A stretch of 63,818 nucleotides of DNA, the filler included, from Barthelona sp. PAP020 (taxonomy: Eukaryota): assembly GCA_040182905.1 (NCBI GenBank). It is 3 parts of 3 records of this genome, joined end to end, with 100 filler letters (N's around TTAATTAATTAA, not from the genome) between each part and the next. Parts side by side here need not be neighbours in the genome. Positions count along the whole stretch, not along the records: positions 42,681 to 63,818 come from JARQWU010000185.1; 2 more parts are not named here. One strand, 5' to 3'. Positions 60,079 to 63,818 of the stretch are shown piece after piece. The notes under the pieces were generated by a model. The model saw nothing but the letters and a program-made list of their open reading frames with translations, was not told the DNA's origin and searched no databases. Made by a program: the position numbers and the translations under genes. The first letter of the stretch is position 1; the number at the start of each line of letters is the position of its first letter.

Positions 60079-61530
60079 ATGGACATTGAAAATGATGAAA
60101 AGAATGTAGAGTATTCTTATAATAGCGAAAATGAATTGATAACATTTGAAATTTTTGATTTACCTTCATCATTGATTCAAACAATGGATTATTATAATTT
60201 TAAATATCCGACAAAACAACAATTAAATATTATACCCAAAATATTGAGTCATAAGTCCATAATGTTTCAAACTGCAAGTGGCACTGGTAAATCTTTATGT
60301 TTTGCCATTCCTTCTATTATCAATTATTTGAATGATTTGGATACCATTATAATTTGTCCAACACGAGAGTTGTCAAGACAACATCTTTCTACAATAAGAA
60401 AATTGAGTCAATCAATTTCTGGTGTAAATTGTCAATTATTTATTGGAGGTGAGTCATATCAGGACGATATTTTAAAACTCCCTTGCAATATTATGATTGC
60501 AACACCGGGTAGATTTTTACAATTGATGAAAGATGATAATATTAGATTTAGAGATAATTTTCTGTTTATTTTTGATGAATTTGATTTTTTAATTAAAAAT
60601 GAAATGTTTGACGAAAGTTTTGAAGTTTTTTTGAAAAAATTTCAACAATTTTCACCTCAATGTATTTTTTGTTCTGCTACATCCCAGAGTGTCTCAAATA
60701 TGAGTTTATTTGAACAGTTCAATGTGGAGGTTGTTGAATATGAAAGAACAAATGTAAACTTATCGATATTTCATTCTTTGATCAACTGTATTGATGACTA
60801 TGATGAAATTTTGACTAAAACTTTGGAAATATTGGAAAAGATTCAAATTACTCAGTGCATTATCTTTTCTAATGACAATACTTTTGCTCCCATTTTGATG
60901 GAGTTTTTGAATAGCAAGGGTTATAAATCTGCATGTATTTCAGGCAAATTGAATCAAGATCAGAGAAAAGAGATAGTCAGAAATTTTGAAACTTACGATA
61001 CAAATGTTTTGATCTCCACAGATTTATGCGCAAGAGGGCTTGATTTTCGGGTAATAAACACTGTCATATCTATTGGTTTGCCATATGATAAGGATACACT
61101 TGTTCACCGTTTGGGCAGAACTGGTCGATTTGATGATAAAGGTTTGGGAATTTTGTTGGTTGATTCAACTCAGTTTGAAACGATTTCGAAAAAATGGAAA
61201 GTTCAGTCAGTTAACCTTGGAGATGATATTTCAAAAAATTTATATCACCAGAGCGTTTCCGACTTTGCAAGAGAGCGTTTAAATTTTCCAAAAGATAGTC
61301 AATTCAAGAAAGAACCAGTTTTGGAACAAAAAATTGTCCAAAGTCACAAACCAGTTAAACCTTTTGAAATGCCTGCAATGACACCAGAAAATGTTAGAAT
61401 CAATTATCAGACTTTGTTAGTTTCCGTTCCTGTTTGCAGTTGTTGTGGTAAACCTATAAATGCGGTTATTAATGTACCAAAAATTGATTATACCAGAGAA
61501 TTTGTTTATTTTGACGGTTCAAACAAATAA
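60079..61530 (+). CDS. DEAD-box RNA helicase, DDX20/Gemin3-like
   Basis: Q motif YPTKQQ, SGTGKS, PTREL, TPGR, DEFD, SAT, QCIIFSN, ISGKLNQDQR, STDLCARGLD, HRLGRTGRF. Confidence 0.85.
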   Translation: MDIENDEKNVEYSYNSENELITFEIFDLPSSLIQTMDYYNFKYPTKQQLNIIPKILSHKSIMFQTASGTGKSLCFAIPSIINYLNDLDTIIICPTRELSRQHLSTIRKLSQSISGVNCQLFIGGESYQDDILKLPCNIMIATPGRFLQLMKDDNIRFRDNFLFIFDEFDFLIKNEMFDESFEVFLKKFQQFSPQCIFCSATSQSVSNMSLFEQFNVEVVEYERTNVNLSIFHSLINCIDDYDEILTKTLEILEKIQITQCIIFSNDNTFAPILMEFLNSKGYKSACISGKLNQDQRKEIVRNFETYDTNVLISTDLCARGLDFRVINTVISIGLPYDKDTLVHRLGRTGRFDDKGLGILLVDSTQFETISKKWKVQSVNLGDDISKNLYHQSVSDFARERLNFPKDSQFKKEPVLEQKIVQSHKPVKPFEMPAMTPENVRINYQTLLVSVPVCSCCGKPINAVINVPKIDYTREFVYFDGSNK

Positions 61531-61817
61531 TAAATTTGCATTTGTTTAAGAATGTATTTTTTTTGATAAAATTCTTATTTTATTGTTTATTGGTTTATTG
61601 AGTTTCTGTTTTTACTGACAAAGAAAAGATATCAAATTATGAAGTGGTTCTTCTGACAAATTCCAAATCTCTTTTCTTTTTTGTTTAACATAGTATATTT
61701 ATTGGGATGTCAAAAATGTAAAATTGCTGAAGAGTAATGTTTGGTCTTTTTAAATCATTTATTCAGATATAAGAGAATTTTATGATCAAATAACATATTA
61801 TAATCCATTTAAACCAG

Positions 61818-63521
61818 ATGAACACAGACACAAATGCATCGAATAATGAAATGAATGATGAATTTATAAATTTTTCCGAAAACCGACAAGACAGTATCCA
61901 ACCAAATTTTAATGGTAATATTTTACCTGATTCTGAAAAAAAAAAGGGGAAATATTTGGGTATTGATGTTAGCACTCAAAGTTTGAGTGCAATTATCATT
62001 GATTTAGATGGTGATGAAATTATTCTCAATCAAAGTGTAAATTATGATACCGATCTTAACAATTTTGAAGGTTTGCATGGAATTTTACCTAATGAAAATC
62101 CTTTGATCAAATATTGCAATCCATTGATGTGGGTGGCTGCTTTGGAGAAAATTTTGGTCAAAATAAATGAAAGTGGGTTTGATTTGTCAACAATCGCAGG
62201 AGTTTGTGGTTCATGTCAGCAACACGGATCTGTCTATTTGAATGGTTCTTTTAATGATACTTTATTGACATGCAATACTGCAACACCGTTAATTGAACAA
62301 TTAATTGGCTGTTTAAGTCGTTCAATATCCCCAATTTGGATGGACAGTTCGACTACAGCAGAATGTCATGAGATAACTGATGCAATTGGTGGTTCCATAG
62401 TCATGAGCAACATTACTGGTTCTATTGCTACTGAAAGGTTTACTGGTCCTCAAATACGTAAGTTTTATAAAGAACAATCGGAGGCTTACAAAACAACAGA
62501 GCGTATTCATCTAATAAGTTCTTTTTTATCGAGTATTTTTATCGGAAGTGATGCACCATTAGATTTTGGGGATGCTTCTGGAATGAACCTTTTTAGTTTG
62601 GAAACTTTATCGTGGGATGAGAAATTGGTTGAAATAACAGCGCCTGATCTTCTTTCAAAGTTACCCAATGTGGTTTCAAATGATACTATTATTGGCAATG
62701 TTTCTTCGTATTTTATTGAAAAATATGGCTTTAAAGCAGGTACAAAAGTTGTGGTTTGGTCTGGTGATAATCCTTGCAGTTTAGTTGGTATGGGCGCTAC
62801 AAAACCAGGAACTGCTGTTATTAGTCTTGGAACCAGTGATACTTTCTTTGCTTCAATGAGTTCTGTAACTTGTACTGAACACTCAGGACACATTTTTGGA
62901 AATCCTGGTGGTGGATTCATGACCCTCATTTGTTTTAAAAATGGTTCTTTAGCTAGAGAAAAAATCCTTCAAAAATATCACTTTGATTTTGAAGGACTTT
63001 CCTTGGCTATTGAAAAAACAGAAACTTTAAGTGAAAAGAAGTTTATTTTTCCTTTCTTTGAACCTGAAATAACCCCAAGAATTTTGAAACCAAAAATGGT
63101 CATTTCTTCTATTGAAACTCCTGCACTGACGTTTTCTATCGATGATTTTCTTTCTTCAAATTCTATTTTGAAATCTTTTGTGGAAACTCAAATTTTAAAC
63201 ATATATTTACACACAAAATGGATCAACAAGTCATTAAATACAATTCGCGTGACAGGTGGAGGATCAAATAACATTGGCATCATTCAAATTATTTCAAATG
63301 TCTTTGGTCTCCCAGTTGAACAAATTTCAATCAAAAATTCTGCGGCTTTAGGTGCTTCATTAATTGCAGCAAAAAATGTGGCCAATCTCAATTGGATTGA
63401 TTTGGAAACAAAATTTTGCTCTTCTTCCAATACCATTCTTCCTGATTTCATTGCACATACAGATTATTTGTTTGCCGTGAATCAATTACAAATGGCTTTG
63501 AACACACATTTTGAATTTTGA
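61818..63521 (+). CDS. xylB: Xylulokinase (FGGY carbohydrate kinase)
   Basis: YLGIDVSTQS, GSCQQHGSVY, SPIWMDSST, ERFTGPQIRK, GDNPCSL, ISLGTSDT, CFKNGSLARE, VTGGGS. Confidence 0.88.
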   Translation: MNTDTNASNNEMNDEFINFSENRQDSIQPNFNGNILPDSEKKKGKYLGIDVSTQSLSAIIIDLDGDEIILNQSVNYDTDLNNFEGLHGILPNENPLIKYCNPLMWVAALEKILVKINESGFDLSTIAGVCGSCQQHGSVYLNGSFNDTLLTCNTATPLIEQLIGCLSRSISPIWMDSSTTAECHEITDAIGGSIVMSNITGSIATERFTGPQIRKFYKEQSEAYKTTERIHLISSFLSSIFIGSDAPLDFGDASGMNLFSLETLSWDEKLVEITAPDLLSKLPNVVSNDTIIGNVSSYFIEKYGFKAGTKVVVWSGDNPCSLVGMGATKPGTAVISLGTSDTFFASMSSVTCTEHSGHIFGNPGGGFMTLICFKNGSLAREKILQKYHFDFEGLSLAIEKTETLSEKKFIFPFFEPEITPRILKPKMVISSIETPALTFSIDDFLSSNSILKSFVETQILNIYLHTKWINKSLNTIRVTGGGSNNIGIIQIISNVFGLPVEQISIKNSAALGASLIAAKNVANLNWIDLETKFCSSSNTILPDFIAHTDYLFAVNQLQMALNTHFEF

Positions 63522-63686
63522 AATTTTTCTATTTCCCAAATGTTTTTTTTGTTTTACTGACTTTAAAAAGTTTCTCATTGTTACTGAACAAAATTTTTGC
63601 CCTATTCAAATTGGAAACTCCATTCTTTTCTCATTCAGAAGGTTCTTGCCCTACATCACAAGTGTTCGTAGCAAAGCGGACAGATT

Positions 63687-63818
63687 TCACCCAAAAGACA
63701 AAATAAACATTGTTCTAGGTTCTATTCTTGCACTTCTGATTGTTAAATATGATCCAATACATATACAATAATTTATAATAAGAATAAGAACGTTACACAA
63801 GCTGTAAGTATAGTAAAA
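63687..63818 (-). CDS. Possible 3' end of a membrane-protein gene running off the window
   Basis: Open hydrophobic frame FYYTYSLCNVLILIINYCICIG...SFG* from the window edge. Confidence 0.3.
   Translation of the reverse strand, partial: FYYTYSLCNVLILIINYCICIGSYLTIRSARIEPRTMFILSFG

Noticed and set aside
63633..63663. Second C/D-like signal on the minus strand (GTGATGT...CTGA)
   Set aside because: Only 14 nt separate the boxes, and there is no downstream box D or terminal stem.
1..63818. Non-standard genetic code, CRISPR arrays, transposases or prokaryotic origin
   Set aside because: TAA, TAG and TGA all terminate conserved genes at expected positions. No repeat-spacer arrays or transposase/RT motifs were seen, and the introns and gene content are eukaryotic.

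Overview
AT-rich, very gene-dense nuclear DNA from an anaerobic or microaerophilic flagellated protist (eukaryote, standard genetic code; the species cannot be determined from the sequence alone). The window is not contiguous. It holds three ~21 kb contigs (1-21358, 21459-42580, 42681-63818) joined by artificial N44-TTAATTAATTAA-N44 spacers. About 30 protein genes are recognisable, among them a Rab, a giant HECT E3, zeta-COP, a CaMKK-like kinase, RPB5, Rb-like, Vps4-like, LC8, TTI1, SDA1, an exosome RNase PH subunit, LAS1, ARMC4, a PP4/PP6-type phosphatase, AMPK-beta and a DDX20-like helicase. There are four short (40-45 nt) 5'-proximal spliceosomal introns and one tRNA-Arg(UCU). Highlights: (1) a single-chain [FeFe]-hydrogenase-flavodoxin-NADPH:flavin reductase (CPR/CysJ-type) fusion with a possible organellar targeting peptide, lying co-oriented next to a bacterial-type NhaD Na+/H+ antiporter that carries a ~175-aa acidic insert; (2) a PPi-dependent PEP carboxykinase; (3) several bacterial-looking genes; (4) three unannotated structured-RNA candidates: a box C/D snoRNA, a U3-like RNA cut by a gap, and a ~400-nt long-range-paired element just downstream of the tRNA.
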